This document shows, piece after piece, positions 18,541-27,744 of a stretch of 64,000 bases of DNA. The DNA is from Bacillota bacterium (lineage in GTDB: Bacteria > Bacillota_I > Bacilli_A > RFN20 > CAG-288). Every line of letters starts with the position of its first letter. Position 1 is the stretch's first letter. The DNA lies in assembly GCA_036830315.1 (NCBI GenBank), contig DAISOU010000006.1:1212-65211 (forward strand), written 5' to 3'. The translations under genes were made by a program, and so were the position numbers. The notes under the pieces were generated by a model. It was not told the origin of the DNA and did no database searches. It saw only the letters and a program-made list of their open reading frames with translations.

Positions 18541-20826
18541 ATGAATAAAAGAAAAAACGTTTCGACAAAAATGAACCTGTCATTGCTGGTAATGATATCC
18601 GTTCTTCTGACAGGATGTGCTAAGGCTAATAACTCCTCTGTTTCGAGTTCTTCGGACTTCTCTTCATCTTTGTCTAGCTCTCTTCTTTCTAAATATACAG
18701 TGACTTGGAAGAACGATGACGGGTCAGTGTTAGAGACTGACTTGAATGTCGAAGAAGGAACTCTTCCTACCTATGACGGAGAAACTCCTATTAAGAACAA
18801 AACTGCTCAGTACAGTTATGTTTTCAAAGGCTGGGATAAGGCAGTTGTCAAAGTGACGGGTGATACGACTTATACTGCTACCTATACTTCTTCTGTCAAC
18901 AGTTACAAAGTCACCTGGGAAAATTATGACGGCAGTGTCATCAAAAGCGAGATGGTCGAATACGGAACAACTCCAAGTTATTCCGGAGTCAGACCAGCTA
19001 AGGCCGCTGATTTTGATCATGTCTATGTCTTCGACGGCTGGAACGAGGATGTTGCTCCAGTCAAAGGAGAAGTCGTCTATAAAGCCAAATATCTGACCGA
19101 GGATAACAATCTTCTTTATCAGCTTTCTGATGATGGGGGCTATCATGTCAGTGCCGATAAAGACGATACAAAGCAGGATATTATTAAATCTCTTATTATT
19201 CCTGACACCTATGATGACGGAGTCAACGGAGTGAGAGATGTCACGGTCGTAGAGGACTTTATCATGGACGGAAGTGATTCCCTTACCTCTCTTTCAATCG
19301 GAGCCAACGTGGAAGAAATCTATGGATATACATTTCTGGGATGTTCTCTTCTGACTTCTGTCTCTGTCGGCAATAAGATCAGACGCATTAGTTCAATGGC
19401 TTTTTCAAACACGGGAATTCAAACCGCCTTTTCGAAAAGCGGGGAAGATATCGGCTATCTTACTTCAGAAGACGGATCGGTGAAATACGCTATGTTTGCC
19501 AAAGACGGCATCAAAAGCGTCAGTCTTGATGAAAAGACTATTGCTATCAAGAGTTCTCTCTTTGAAAACAATACTTCTCTTACTAAAGCGACCCTCAATG
19601 AAAACCTGGCCCTTATCGGTTCTTCTGTATTTAGGGGCTGTTCTTCTTTGTCTGAGTTGTCTGTAGGGAGCAAATTGTCATCTATCGATTATGCCGCTTT
19701 CGATTCTACGGCCTTGATCTCTGCTTTTGACTCATCGGCGGATGACTTGTTGTATTTATCACCTGAATCTGACCCGTCTGTCTCTTATCTGATCGCCTCT
19801 AAATCAAAGCTTGAAAAAGCGACTTTGAAAAAAGGAACCAGATTACTGGCAACCGGAGCTTTTTCCATGAATGACAGTCTGACTTCTGTCACTTTAAATG
19901 ATGATCTTTCATTTTTAGGATATTCTTCTTTTGAGGAGTGCAGTAAACTGGCTTCAATAGTCATTCCTGACAGCGTTACGGAAATAAGAGATTACTGTTT
20001 TCAAAACTGCGGTCTTTTGTCTTCGGTTACCCTTCCTAAAAACCTTGACAGAATCAGCGATAGTACTTTTGCAAAATGCAAGAGTCTTAAATCTATTGAG
20101 CTTCCGTCTTCTTTGAAAGTGATTGGAGACTCCGCTTTTTCTGAGGCGGGATTGACTGCTGTTTCTATTCCTAGCTCCATTGAGAACATCGAGTATAATG
20201 CGTTTCTAAAATGCCAGGATCTTGTAGAAATCAAGATGATTGGCGACAATGACAAGTATCAGGTTACTGGAAACTGCGTCATTAAAAAAGAAAATCACAC
20301 AATGGTTTTAGGCTGTAAGGCTTCCGTTATTCCAAGTGATGGCAGTGTAAAGGCTCTTGGCAAGTATGTTTTTAGCGGTCTGACGGGCTTTACTTCTGTC
20401 TCTGTTCCTTCATCTGTTACTGAGATTGGGGAAAACTGCTTCATGAATTGCATCAATCTCACTCAAGTCACCTTAAATGAAGGACTTAAGAAAATCGACG
20501 ATTTCGCTTTTGAAATATGTTCCAAGCTCTCTTCGCTTGTTCTTCCTTCAAGTCTTACCTCAATTGGAAGACAGGCATTTGAAAGATGCAATGCCCTGTC
20601 TTCAATTGTCATTCCTTCTTCTGTCACGGCAATTGGTCCTTCTATAACCTGGGCCCATCCTTTAGGCTATACTGATATCTTCTGTGAAGCGACTGCAAAG
20701 CCTGATACTTGGAATAAGGACTGGGATCAGAATGCCAAGGCTGTTTATTGGTATAGTGAAACAAGTAACACTGATGGCAAACATTGGAGATATGTAGACG
20801 GTGTTCCGACAGTCTGGGCTGCCTGA
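18541..20826 (+). CDS. Surface lipoprotein with Listeria-Bacteroides-type repeats followed by BspA-type leucine-rich repeats
   Basis: Start taken at MNKRKNVSTKMNLSLLVMISVLLTGC (lipobox LTGC, Cys26). Two repeats fit the pattern YxVTWxNxDGSV...G..P.Y.G..P.K......Y.F.GW. About 10 LRR_5-like units follow (IPxSVTxIgxxAFxxCxxLxSVxL). Confidence 0.85.
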   Translation: MNKRKNVSTKMNLSLLVMISVLLTGCAKANNSSVSSSSDFSSSLSSSLLSKYTVTWKNDDGSVLETDLNVEEGTLPTYDGETPIKNKTAQYSYVFKGWDKAVVKVTGDTTYTATYTSSVNSYKVTWENYDGSVIKSEMVEYGTTPSYSGVRPAKAADFDHVYVFDGWNEDVAPVKGEVVYKAKYLTEDNNLLYQLSDDGGYHVSADKDDTKQDIIKSLIIPDTYDDGVNGVRDVTVVEDFIMDGSDSLTSLSIGANVEEIYGYTFLGCSLLTSVSVGNKIRRISSMAFSNTGIQTAFSKSGEDIGYLTSEDGSVKYAMFAKDGIKSVSLDEKTIAIKSSLFENNTSLTKATLNENLALIGSSVFRGCSSLSELSVGSKLSSIDYAAFDSTALISAFDSSADDLLYLSPESDPSVSYLIASKSKLEKATLKKGTRLLATGAFSMNDSLTSVTLNDDLSFLGYSSFEECSKLASIVIPDSVTEIRDYCFQNCGLLSSVTLPKNLDRISDSTFAKCKSLKSIELPSSLKVIGDSAFSEAGLTAVSIPSSIENIEYNAFLKCQDLVEIKMIGDNDKYQVTGNCVIKKENHTMVLGCKASVIPSDGSVKALGKYVFSGLTGFTSVSVPSSVTEIGENCFMNCINLTQVTLNEGLKKIDDFAFEICSKLSSLVLPSSLTSIGRQAFERCNALSSIVIPSSVTAIGPSITWAHPLGYTDIFCEATAKPDTWNKDWDQNAKAVYWYSETSNTDGKHWRYVDGVPTVWAA

Positions 20827-21000
20827 TATCAAAAAAGCTGTTTTCTTTAAAAAAGCATAGTCGATAGAGATTTTTAACCGTTGTTTTATCTTGAGAGGAT
20901 CAAGAGTTTTTCAACGAACATTCAGATGAATATCGGATATGTATATTCAAATAGTTTTAGGATGCTTATCTTTTTTAAAGAAAATAGACACTTGTACATC

Positions 21001-21028
21001 TTGAAAATGAGAAAAACAAATATATAAT
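21001..21028 (+). promoter_or_regulatory. Candidate promoter of BI-1 copy B
   Basis: TTGAAA (21001-21006), 16-nt spacer, TATAAT (21023-21028). Confidence 0.45.
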
Positions 21029-21059
21029 ACAATTGTCTATTAAATATAGGAGGCTCAAA

Positions 21060-21821
21060 ATGGAGTATTACGTCTATGAAGAACCGGAAAAGAAAGCAAC
21101 TAAGATAGTCAAAGATAACGGAGTCCGTTTCTCGATGGGAAAGGTCTTGCTCTGGCTTTCGTTAGGTTTGGTTCTGACTGGTGTTGTCGCTTTGTCGATG
21201 CCTGATTTCTTATTGCTCTGCTGTGGAAACAACGCTTCTGCTTTATCGACTTCTTATACAGTCTCTTTGAGTATCGCTGTTGTAGTGATGGTATTCTCCT
21301 CTTTGCTTATGTGGATTCCAAGTTTCAAGAAGGATTCTCCCTGGACAATAGTTTCCTATGTTCTGTTTACTATTGCCATGGGTGTGGTTCTTTCCACTTC
21401 TTTCTTATGGGTTTTAGGTATTGATGACAAGGATGCCATAGCAAGCATATCCATTTCTTTTTTCATTACAGCTGCCTGCTATCTGATTTTAGGAGTGATC
21501 GGGACTGTCTCCAAAAAGAACTTCAATGTCATTACTCCCGTGATCTTTGCCTTGTTCTGGGGAGTTCTGATTCTTTCTCTTATTTCTTTCTTCCTGCCTT
21601 TAGAACCGATATATATCATCACTGATGTCATTTCCTTTGCTGTCATTCTTTTAGTTACCGCCGTCGATTTCAACAACGTAAAAAGACTGGCCTCCTGTTA
21701 TCCGTTCCACAATTCCACTTCTCTGGCTATCTATTGTGCCTATAATCTCTACCTGGATTTCATCTATATTTTTGTCAGAGTTCTCTTTTATACAGTCTTT
21801 TTTAGAAATCGTAACCGCTAG
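21060..21821 (+). CDS. Bax inhibitor-1/YccA family membrane protein, copy B (paralog of 17634-18392)
   Basis: Alignable along its whole length with copy A (for example AIYCAYNLYLDFIYIFVRVL). AGGAGG at 21048-21053 supports the ATG at 21060 rather than the TTG at 21033. Confidence 0.85.
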   Translation: MEYYVYEEPEKKATKIVKDNGVRFSMGKVLLWLSLGLVLTGVVALSMPDFLLLCCGNNASALSTSYTVSLSIAVVVMVFSSLLMWIPSFKKDSPWTIVSYVLFTIAMGVVLSTSFLWVLGIDDKDAIASISISFFITAACYLILGVIGTVSKKNFNVITPVIFALFWGVLILSLISFFLPLEPIYIITDVISFAVILLVTAVDFNNVKRLASCYPFHNSTSLAIYCAYNLYLDFIYIFVRVLFYTVFFRNRNR

Positions 21822-21893
21822 TCAGCGAGTAGACAAAAAACAATCAGATTCCTTATTCCTTATATATGTAGTATTATTCTCAAATAATAGTTT

Positions 21894-21933
21894 GGCGATA
21901 TTCATGGCAAAAACTCCATGTTTATCGCCTTTT
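21894..21933 (+). terminator. Rho-independent terminator after BI-1 copy B
   Basis: GGCGATA...TATCGCC outer stem with an inner CATGG/CCATG stem, followed by TTTT. Confidence 0.6.
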
Positions 21934-21967
21934 CACTATCCACAGCACCGGGAGTATCAAAAAACCT

Positions 21968-21996
21968 TTGACAATGTGATTGATAGTCATTATAAT
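21968..21996 (+). promoter_or_regulatory. Consensus sigma-A promoter of the rpsL-rpsG-fusA-tuf operon
   Basis: TTGACA (21968-21973), exactly 17 nt of spacer, then TATAAT (21991-21996). Confidence 0.75.
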
Positions 21997-22002
21997 TTCC
22001 TT

Positions 22003-22104
22003 GTCTGTAATTCGGGCTTTGGCCCGCTCTTTTTATGGAAAGAGCCGGATACGCCCGGGGTTGTGGACAATAGGTTCTTTATTTAAAATCCGGGAGGAAA
22101 AAGA
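22003..22104 (+). promoter_or_regulatory. Structured ~100-nt 5' leader of rpsL
   Basis: Three consecutive hairpins: CGGGC-TTTG-GCCCG (22013-22026), CTCTTT-N6-AAAGAG (22027-22044) and CCGG-N6-CCGG (22045-22058). CCCGG at 22054-22058 can alternatively pair with CCGGG at 22090-22094, which overlaps the SD GGGAGG. Confidence 0.35.
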
Positions 22105-22530
22105 ATGCCTACTATTAATCAGTTGGTTCGCCATGAGAGAAAACAGCCTGTTTACAAATCAAAGGCTCCTGCTCTTGGCAAAAGATGGGATTCCCTTAAC
22201 AAGAAAGAGCACTCTATTGATGCTCCTCAGAAGAAGGGTGTCTGCACACGTGTCGGTACGATGACTCCTAAGAAGCCTAACTCAGCTGCTCGTAAGTACG
22301 CCAGAGTCAGACTCTCCAACGGCTATGAAGTCACTGCCTATATCGGCGGCGAAGGTCATAACCTTCAGGAGCACAAAGTAGTTCTTATCCGTGGTGGACG
22401 TGTTCGTGATTTACCTGGTGTCAGATATCACATCGTCCGCGGCGCTATGGAATGCTTTGGTGTTGAGAACCGTAAACAAGGCCGTTCTCTTTACGGGACG
22501 AAGAAGGATGGAAGCATCCAGAAGAAGTAA
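22105..22530 (+). CDS. rpsL: 30S ribosomal protein S12
   Basis: MPTINQL..., [11 protein letters not shown] and [14 protein letters not shown]. Confidence 0.98.
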   Translation: MPTINQLVRHERKQPVYKSKAPALGKRWDSLNKKEHSIDAPQKKGVCTRVGTMTPKKPNSAARKYARVRLSNGYEVTAYIGGEGHNLQEHKVVLIRGGRVRDLPGVRYHIVRGAMECFGVENRKQGRSLYGTKKDGSIQKK

Positions 22531-22544
22531 GGAGATAACGAACA

Positions 22545-23018
22545 ATGCCTAGAAAGAATGGTTCTATTCAGAAGAGAGACGTCTTACCCGATCCGATATA
22601 CAACTCCAAGCTTGTCACCCGTCTTATTAACAGAATTATGTTAGACGGAAAGAAAGGTACCGCTGAGACTATTCTCTATGGTGCTTTCGATAAGGTTGCT
22701 GCCAAGACTGGCAAACAGGCTATCGAAGTCTTCGAAATTGCTTTAGGCAACATCATGCCTGAAGTCGAACTCAAGGCTCGTCGTGTCGGTGCCTCCAACT
22801 ATCAGGTCCCTGTCGAAGTAGCTCCGGAACGTAAGGTTACCTTAGGACTTCGCTGGCTAGTCACCTTTGCTCGTCTCAGAAATGAGAAGAACATGACTGA
22901 TAAGCTCGCTGGCGAAATCATCGATGCCGCTAATGGCACCGGCGGTGCCTGCAAGCGCAGAGAAGATATGCATAAGACTGCTGAAGCCAATAAGGCCTAC
23001 GCTCACTATCGTTGGTAG
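22545..23018 (+). CDS. rpsG: 30S ribosomal protein S7
   Basis: MPRK...[22 protein letters not shown]...AHYRW. Confidence 0.98.
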   Translation: MPRKNGSIQKRDVLPDPIYNSKLVTRLINRIMLDGKKGTAETILYGAFDKVAAKTGKQAIEVFEIALGNIMPEVELKARRVGASNYQVPVEVAPERKVTLGLRWLVTFARLRNEKNMTDKLAGEIIDAANGTGGACKRREDMHKTAEANKAYAHYRW

Positions 23019-23055
23019 TCTTGCAGATAAGTAATCTATAAAAGGAGAAAACCCT

Positions 23056-25185
23056 ATGGGAATGGATAATGATCAGGCGATGGTTTCAAGCTATGAAGCT
23101 GTCCCGCTTGACAAAGTAAGAAATATTGGCATCATGGCTCACATCGATGCCGGCAAAACCACTACATCAGAACGTATTCTCTTCTTCACCGGCAAGACTC
23201 ATAAAATAGGAGAAGTTCATAATGGCGGTGCCTCTATGGACTTCGATGAACAGGAACAGAAGCGTGGTATCACTATTTACTCCGCTGCCACTACCTGTCT
23301 ATGGAAAGGCTATCGTATCAACTTGATTGATACTCCTGGCCACGTCGACTTCACCGCTGAGGTTGAAAGATCTCTTCGTGTTCTCGATGGTGCTGTCTGT
23401 GTTCTTGATGGAAAGAATGGCGTTGAGCCTCAGACTGAGACTGTCTGGAGACAGGCTGACAAATACGATATTCCTCGTATTGTCTTCGTCAACAAGCTCG
23501 ATGCAACTGGCGCAGATTTCGAGATGAGTGTCGCTTCCGTCAAGGAGAAGTTAGGTGGAAATGGCGTCGCCATTGCCTATCCTATCGGTCTTGAACAGCG
23601 CTTATTAGGTCTTATCGACTTAGTTAAGATGGAAGCTTGGATCTGGGATATCGATCCTAAGAAGTCAGAAGAAATGGCTCCGAAGATTGTCCCTCTCGAT
23701 CAGGTTCCGGCCGAATATGCTCACGATGTTGAGCAGGCTAAGCTCTACAGAAGCCATATGATCGATCAGTTAGCCAACTATGATGACGATATCATGAATG
23801 CTGTTCTCGAAGAGAAAGAGCCTGATGTCGAAACCATCAAGAAGGCCATCAGAAAAGCTGTTATCGCTGTTAAGCTCTATCCTTGCATCCCCGGTTCTGC
23901 TTACAAGAACAAATCAGTCCAGTACTTATTGGACTGTGTCCGTGACTATTTACCTGCTCCTACTGATGTTCCTGCCGCTGTCGGCAAGGACAAAGACGGA
24001 CAGCCTGTCACCTGTGCCACTGATTCTAAAGCTCCGTTTGTCGCTTTAGCCTTCAAGATCACAACTGACCAGTTCGGTACCAAGTGCTTCTTCCGTGTCT
24101 ACTCTGGCACCGTCAAGGCTGGCTCCTATGTCTATAACGTCCGTAAGGGAACTAAGGAACGTGTCTCCCGTCTTATCTTAGTCAACGCTTCTTCTTCTGA
24201 AGCTATCACTGAGGCTAAGGCCGGTGAAATCGCTGCCGCTATCGGCTTCTCTTCAACTAGAACCGGTGATACTCTCGTCGGCGAAAATGATCCTCGTACT
24301 ACTCTCGAGACCATCAAGTTCGCTGATCCTGTCATCTCCGAGGCTATCGAGCCTTCTAGCAAGAACGATCAGGATAAGATGGCTAATGCCCTTATCAAGT
24401 TCACTGAAGAAGATCCTACTTTCCACTACTATACCAATGAAGAGACCGGTCAGGGTATCATCGCCGGTGTCGGCGAACTTCAGCTTGATGTCAACGTCAC
24501 TCGTTTACGCAATGACTACGGCATTCAGGTTAAGGTCGGTGCCCCTCAGGTCGCTTATCGTGAAACCATCAAAACTGCTGCTGACTGCGAAGGTAAATAT
24601 ATCAAGCAGTCGGGCGGTCATGGTCAATATGGTCACGTCGTCTTCAAGATGGAGCCTAATCCCGGCAAGGGCATCGAAGTCCTCGATGCTGTCACCGGTG
24701 GTGCCATTCCTAAGGAATTCATCAAGCCTTCTCTCGATGGCTTGAAGGAATCTCTTGAAAGAGGTATGGTTGCCGGCTATCCTGTAATTGACGTCAAAGC
24801 CACCTTGTTCGATGGTTCCTACCATGATGTCGACTCTTCCGAAGCTGCTTACAAGTTAGCTTCCGCTCAGGCTGTCAGGGTTGCCGCTACCAAGTGCTCT
24901 CCTGTCATTCTTGAACCTATTGTCAAAGCAGACATCACTACTCCTCTTGATTATGTCGGTACCGTCATGGGCGATATCAGCTCCAGACGTGGACAGGTCG
25001 AGGGTATGGTTCAGAAGGCCAATGCTCAAGTCATTACTGCCTTCATCCCGCTTGCCAATATGTTCGGTTATATCAGCGATCTTCGCTCTATGACTCAGGG
25101 ACGCGGTATCTACACTATGGAATTCGATCACTATCAGGAAGTCCCTCGTTCTGTACAAGAAGACATCATTAAGACCAGAGGTTAA
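23056..25185 (+). CDS. fusA: Elongation factor G
   Basis: [22 protein letters not shown] and NKLD, with full-length EF-G domains. Confidence 0.98.
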   Translation: MGMDNDQAMVSSYEAVPLDKVRNIGIMAHIDAGKTTTSERILFFTGKTHKIGEVHNGGASMDFDEQEQKRGITIYSAATTCLWKGYRINLIDTPGHVDFTAEVERSLRVLDGAVCVLDGKNGVEPQTETVWRQADKYDIPRIVFVNKLDATGADFEMSVASVKEKLGGNGVAIAYPIGLEQRLLGLIDLVKMEAWIWDIDPKKSEEMAPKIVPLDQVPAEYAHDVEQAKLYRSHMIDQLANYDDDIMNAVLEEKEPDVETIKKAIRKAVIAVKLYPCIPGSAYKNKSVQYLLDCVRDYLPAPTDVPAAVGKDKDGQPVTCATDSKAPFVALAFKITTDQFGTKCFFRVYSGTVKAGSYVYNVRKGTKERVSRLILVNASSSEAITEAKAGEIAAAIGFSSTRTGDTLVGENDPRTTLETIKFADPVISEAIEPSSKNDQDKMANALIKFTEEDPTFHYYTNEETGQGIIAGVGELQLDVNVTRLRNDYGIQVKVGAPQVAYRETIKTAADCEGKYIKQSGGHGQYGHVVFKMEPNPGKGIEVLDAVTGGAIPKEFIKPSLDGLKESLERGMVAGYPVIDVKATLFDGSYHDVDSSEAAYKLASAQAVRVAATKCSPVILEPIVKADITTPLDYVGTVMGDISSRRGQVEGMVQKANAQVITAFIPLANMFGYISDLRSMTQGRGIYTMEFDHYQEVPRSVQEDIIKTRG

Positions 25186-25201
25186 TACACGCCTATTCTT
25201 C

Positions 25202-25230
25202 TTGAAATGAAGATAATAAAAGTGTATAGT
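25202..25230 (+). promoter_or_regulatory. Candidate internal promoter for tuf
   Basis: TTGAAA (25202-25207), 17-nt spacer, TATAGT (25225-25230), located in the fusA-tuf spacer. Confidence 0.5.
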
Positions 25231-25262
25231 CATTAAGAATCTAATTTGGAGGAAAATTAACT

Positions 25263-26447
25263 ATGGCTAAACAGAAGTTCGACCGTTCTAGACCGAACGT
25301 TAACATCGGTACTATCGGTCACGTCGATCACGGCAAGACTACCCTTACTGCTGCTATCACTCAGGTGTTAGCTAAGGATGGCTTAGCTGTCGCTATGAAG
25401 TACGATCAGGTTGATGCTGCCCCTGAAGAGAAGGCTCGTGGTGTTACTATTAACGCCGCCCATATCGAATACGAAACTGCGACCAGACATTATTGTCACG
25501 TCGACTGCCCTGGCCATGCTGACTACATCAAGAACATGATCACTGGTGCTGCTCAGATGGATGGCGCTATCCTTGTTGTCGCTGCTACTGATGGTGTTAT
25601 GCCTCAGACCCGTGAGCACGTTTTACTTGCTCGTCAGGTCGGTGTTCCTTACATCGTCGTCTTCCTTAACAAGTGCGATATGGTAGATGATCCCGAATTA
25701 ATCGATCTCGTTGAGATGGATGTTCGTGAACTTCTTTCCAAGTATGGCTATCCGGGAGATGATGTTCCGGTCATCCGTGGTTCTGCCTTAAAGGCTCTCA
25801 ACGGCGATGTCGAAGCTCAGAAGGCTATTGTTGAATTAATGAATGCTGTCGATACCTATATTCCTACTCCTACCCGTGATAACGATAAGCCTTTCTTAAT
25901 GGCTGTCGAAGATGTTATGACCATCACTGGCCGTGGCACCGTCGCTACCGGCAGAGTCGAAAGAGGTCTCCTCAAGCCTAACGATGAAGTTGAAATCGTT
26001 GGTATCATGGATACTCGTAAGGCTATCTGCACTTCACTCGAAATGTTCCGTAAGACTCTTGACTTCGCTGAAGCTGGTGACAACGTCGGTGCCTTGTTAA
26101 GAGGTGTCGATCGTGATCAGATCATCCGTGGTCAGGTTCTCTGCAAGCCTGGATCAGTCACTCCTCACAAGAAGTTTGAAGCCCAGGTCTACATCTTAAA
26201 GAAGGAAGAGGGTGGACGTCACACTGCTTTCACTAACAACTATCGTCCTCAGTTCTACTTCAGAACTACTGATGTCACTGGAACTATCACTTTACCTGAA
26301 GGAACTCAGATGGTCATGCCTGGCGATAACGTCTCCCTGACTGTTGAGCTTATCCATCCTGTCGCTATCGAAAACCAGACCAAGTTCTCCATCCGTGAAG
26401 GTGGTCACACTGTCGGTGCCGGTAACGTCTCCAAGCTTCTCGACTAA
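25263..26447 (+). CDS. tuf: Elongation factor Tu
   Basis: [18 protein letters not shown] and NKCD. 394 aa. Confidence 0.98.
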   Translation: MAKQKFDRSRPNVNIGTIGHVDHGKTTLTAAITQVLAKDGLAVAMKYDQVDAAPEEKARGVTINAAHIEYETATRHYCHVDCPGHADYIKNMITGAAQMDGAILVVAATDGVMPQTREHVLLARQVGVPYIVVFLNKCDMVDDPELIDLVEMDVRELLSKYGYPGDDVPVIRGSALKALNGDVEAQKAIVELMNAVDTYIPTPTRDNDKPFLMAVEDVMTITGRGTVATGRVERGLLKPNDEVEIVGIMDTRKAICTSLEMFRKTLDFAEAGDNVGALLRGVDRDQIIRGQVLCKPGSVTPHKKFEAQVYILKKEEGGRHTAFTNNYRPQFYFRTTDVTGTITLPEGTQMVMPGDNVSLTVELIHPVAIENQTKFSIREGGHTVGAGNVSKLLD

Positions 26448-26466
26448 TCAGTTTTAAGAAAATTAA

Positions 26467-26497
26467 GGCCCGCCTTCAAAAGCGGGTCTTTTTTTGT
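26467..26497 (+). terminator. Rho-independent terminator after tuf
   Basis: GGCCCGC-CTTCAAAA-GCGGGTC followed by TTTTTTTGTTT. Confidence 0.8.
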
Positions 26498-26522
26498 TTC
26501 TTTTCATATATAATAGATAGCA

Positions 26523-27743
26523 ATGATCAAAAAAGTGTTTAGCGATTACGCTGATAGAAAAAACGCCAGAAAAGGTCGAAGATTTGTGGTTCTTCTCATC
26601 GATTTCTTTACGACGGTCATTTTCTCCTTTCTTATTTTCGGCGTCCTTTCCTATCCGGTCTTATCTAACCTTTCCTTTGTTGAGGAATATTCTACTAATG
26701 CGACCAAACAGGGAGAAGAACTCTATCTTCTTGTCGGTTCGACCAGACTTCAGACCTACGATAAAGAATCTTCTTCTTTAGTCAAAGTCGAAAAAGACGG
26801 TAAAAACTATATCACTTCTCTTTTGAAGACTTCCTTCTTTAAAAGCGGAGAGGATTACTATGAATTAGTCGACAACAAGAAAGTTAAGAAAGAGATTTCT
26901 GAGTCTGATACTTTCCTTTCCAGCAAGGATAACGACTCTCCAAAAGACAATCTCTCTTATTATTTTCTCAGTTTTTCTTCTGAAAACGGAATCCATGAGG
27001 TCAGAACCAGGAAGGATTTTAATTCTTCTATTTTGAAATTGGACGGCGACAACAAAGACTTGGTGACTGCTGATTTTGATATCAGTCAGGATGTCTTCTA
27101 CCTCAATTCCCAGAACAGCAATGATCTGATTTCCTATCTCAATTACGGTGAGACGGGAAAATCAGGAGAGACTTTATATAATCGTCTCCTCGATATCTAC
27201 GCAAGCGGCGTTAATGTCGGAATTAAAGAAGTGGAGACTTCCTATCAGCCCTATAAGGATGCACTTGCTCTCTTACAGCAGTATTCTGGATCTTATGCCC
27301 GATGTTTTGACGTAGCCTTCATCCTTTCCTATCTTTTGGGATTTCTTATTGTCTATCTTGTCTTCCCTCTCTGCTTCAAAAACGGAAAGACAATCGGATA
27401 TAAGTTCTTTTCGATGGCTCTTGTCAGAAACGACCTGGATAAACCTCGCTTTGTGAACTATCTTATCAAGTATTTGGTTTTATTCGTGGCTGAATTCTGC
27501 GGCGTGTTCTTCCTTCCTCTCTTTTTAGGGAGACTGAATCTGATGTCTTTTTCTCTTGTTGGCTCTGTCACTATGTTCCAGCTTCTCTTCTTCTCTTTGA
27601 TGATCGCTTTGGTTTCCTTAGTCTTCTTCTTTGTCTCCAAAGACAATCAGACCCTGAGTGAATTTGCCTCTTTGACATATACTGTCGATATCACTGAACA
27701 CGAAGACCGATTGGAAGAAGGAAAAACGATATTTGGAGAATAA
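26523..27743 (+). CDS. RDD-family membrane protein with a large insert between TM1 and TM2
   Basis: N-terminal RRFVVLLIDFF...TM1, then a ~220-aa hydrophilic insert, then TMs carrying GKTIGYKFFSMALVRND. This is the R/D/D-type pattern of RDD proteins. Confidence 0.6.
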   Translation: MIKKVFSDYADRKNARKGRRFVVLLIDFFTTVIFSFLIFGVLSYPVLSNLSFVEEYSTNATKQGEELYLLVGSTRLQTYDKESSSLVKVEKDGKNYITSLLKTSFFKSGEDYYELVDNKKVKKEISESDTFLSSKDNDSPKDNLSYYFLSFSSENGIHEVRTRKDFNSSILKLDGDNKDLVTADFDISQDVFYLNSQNSNDLISYLNYGETGKSGETLYNRLLDIYASGVNVGIKEVETSYQPYKDALALLQQYSGSYARCFDVAFILSYLLGFLIVYLVFPLCFKNGKTIGYKFFSMALVRNDLDKPRFVNYLIKYLVLFVAEFCGVFFLPLFLGRLNLMSFSLVGSVTMFQLLFFSLMIALVSLVFFFVSKDNQTLSEFASLTYTVDITEHEDRLEEGKTIFGE

Positions 27744-27744
27744 A

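Noticed and set aside
21736-22264. Two ORFs of 116 aa and 94 aa upstream of and overlapping rpsL.
   Set aside because: They span a terminator, a perfect consensus promoter and the rpsL start. Their composition is low-complexity. They are better explained as non-coding promoter and leader sequence.
24224-24745. 173-aa alternative-frame ORF inside fusA. Many similar 60-150-aa ORFs lie within or antisense to large genes, for example 18730-19146, 24856-25233, 28108-28566, 34027-34365, 42194-42514, 44864-45226 and 46942-47304.
   Set aside because: They are fully embedded in strongly supported conserved genes, have Ser/Leu/Arg-rich shadow-frame composition, and lack RBSs.
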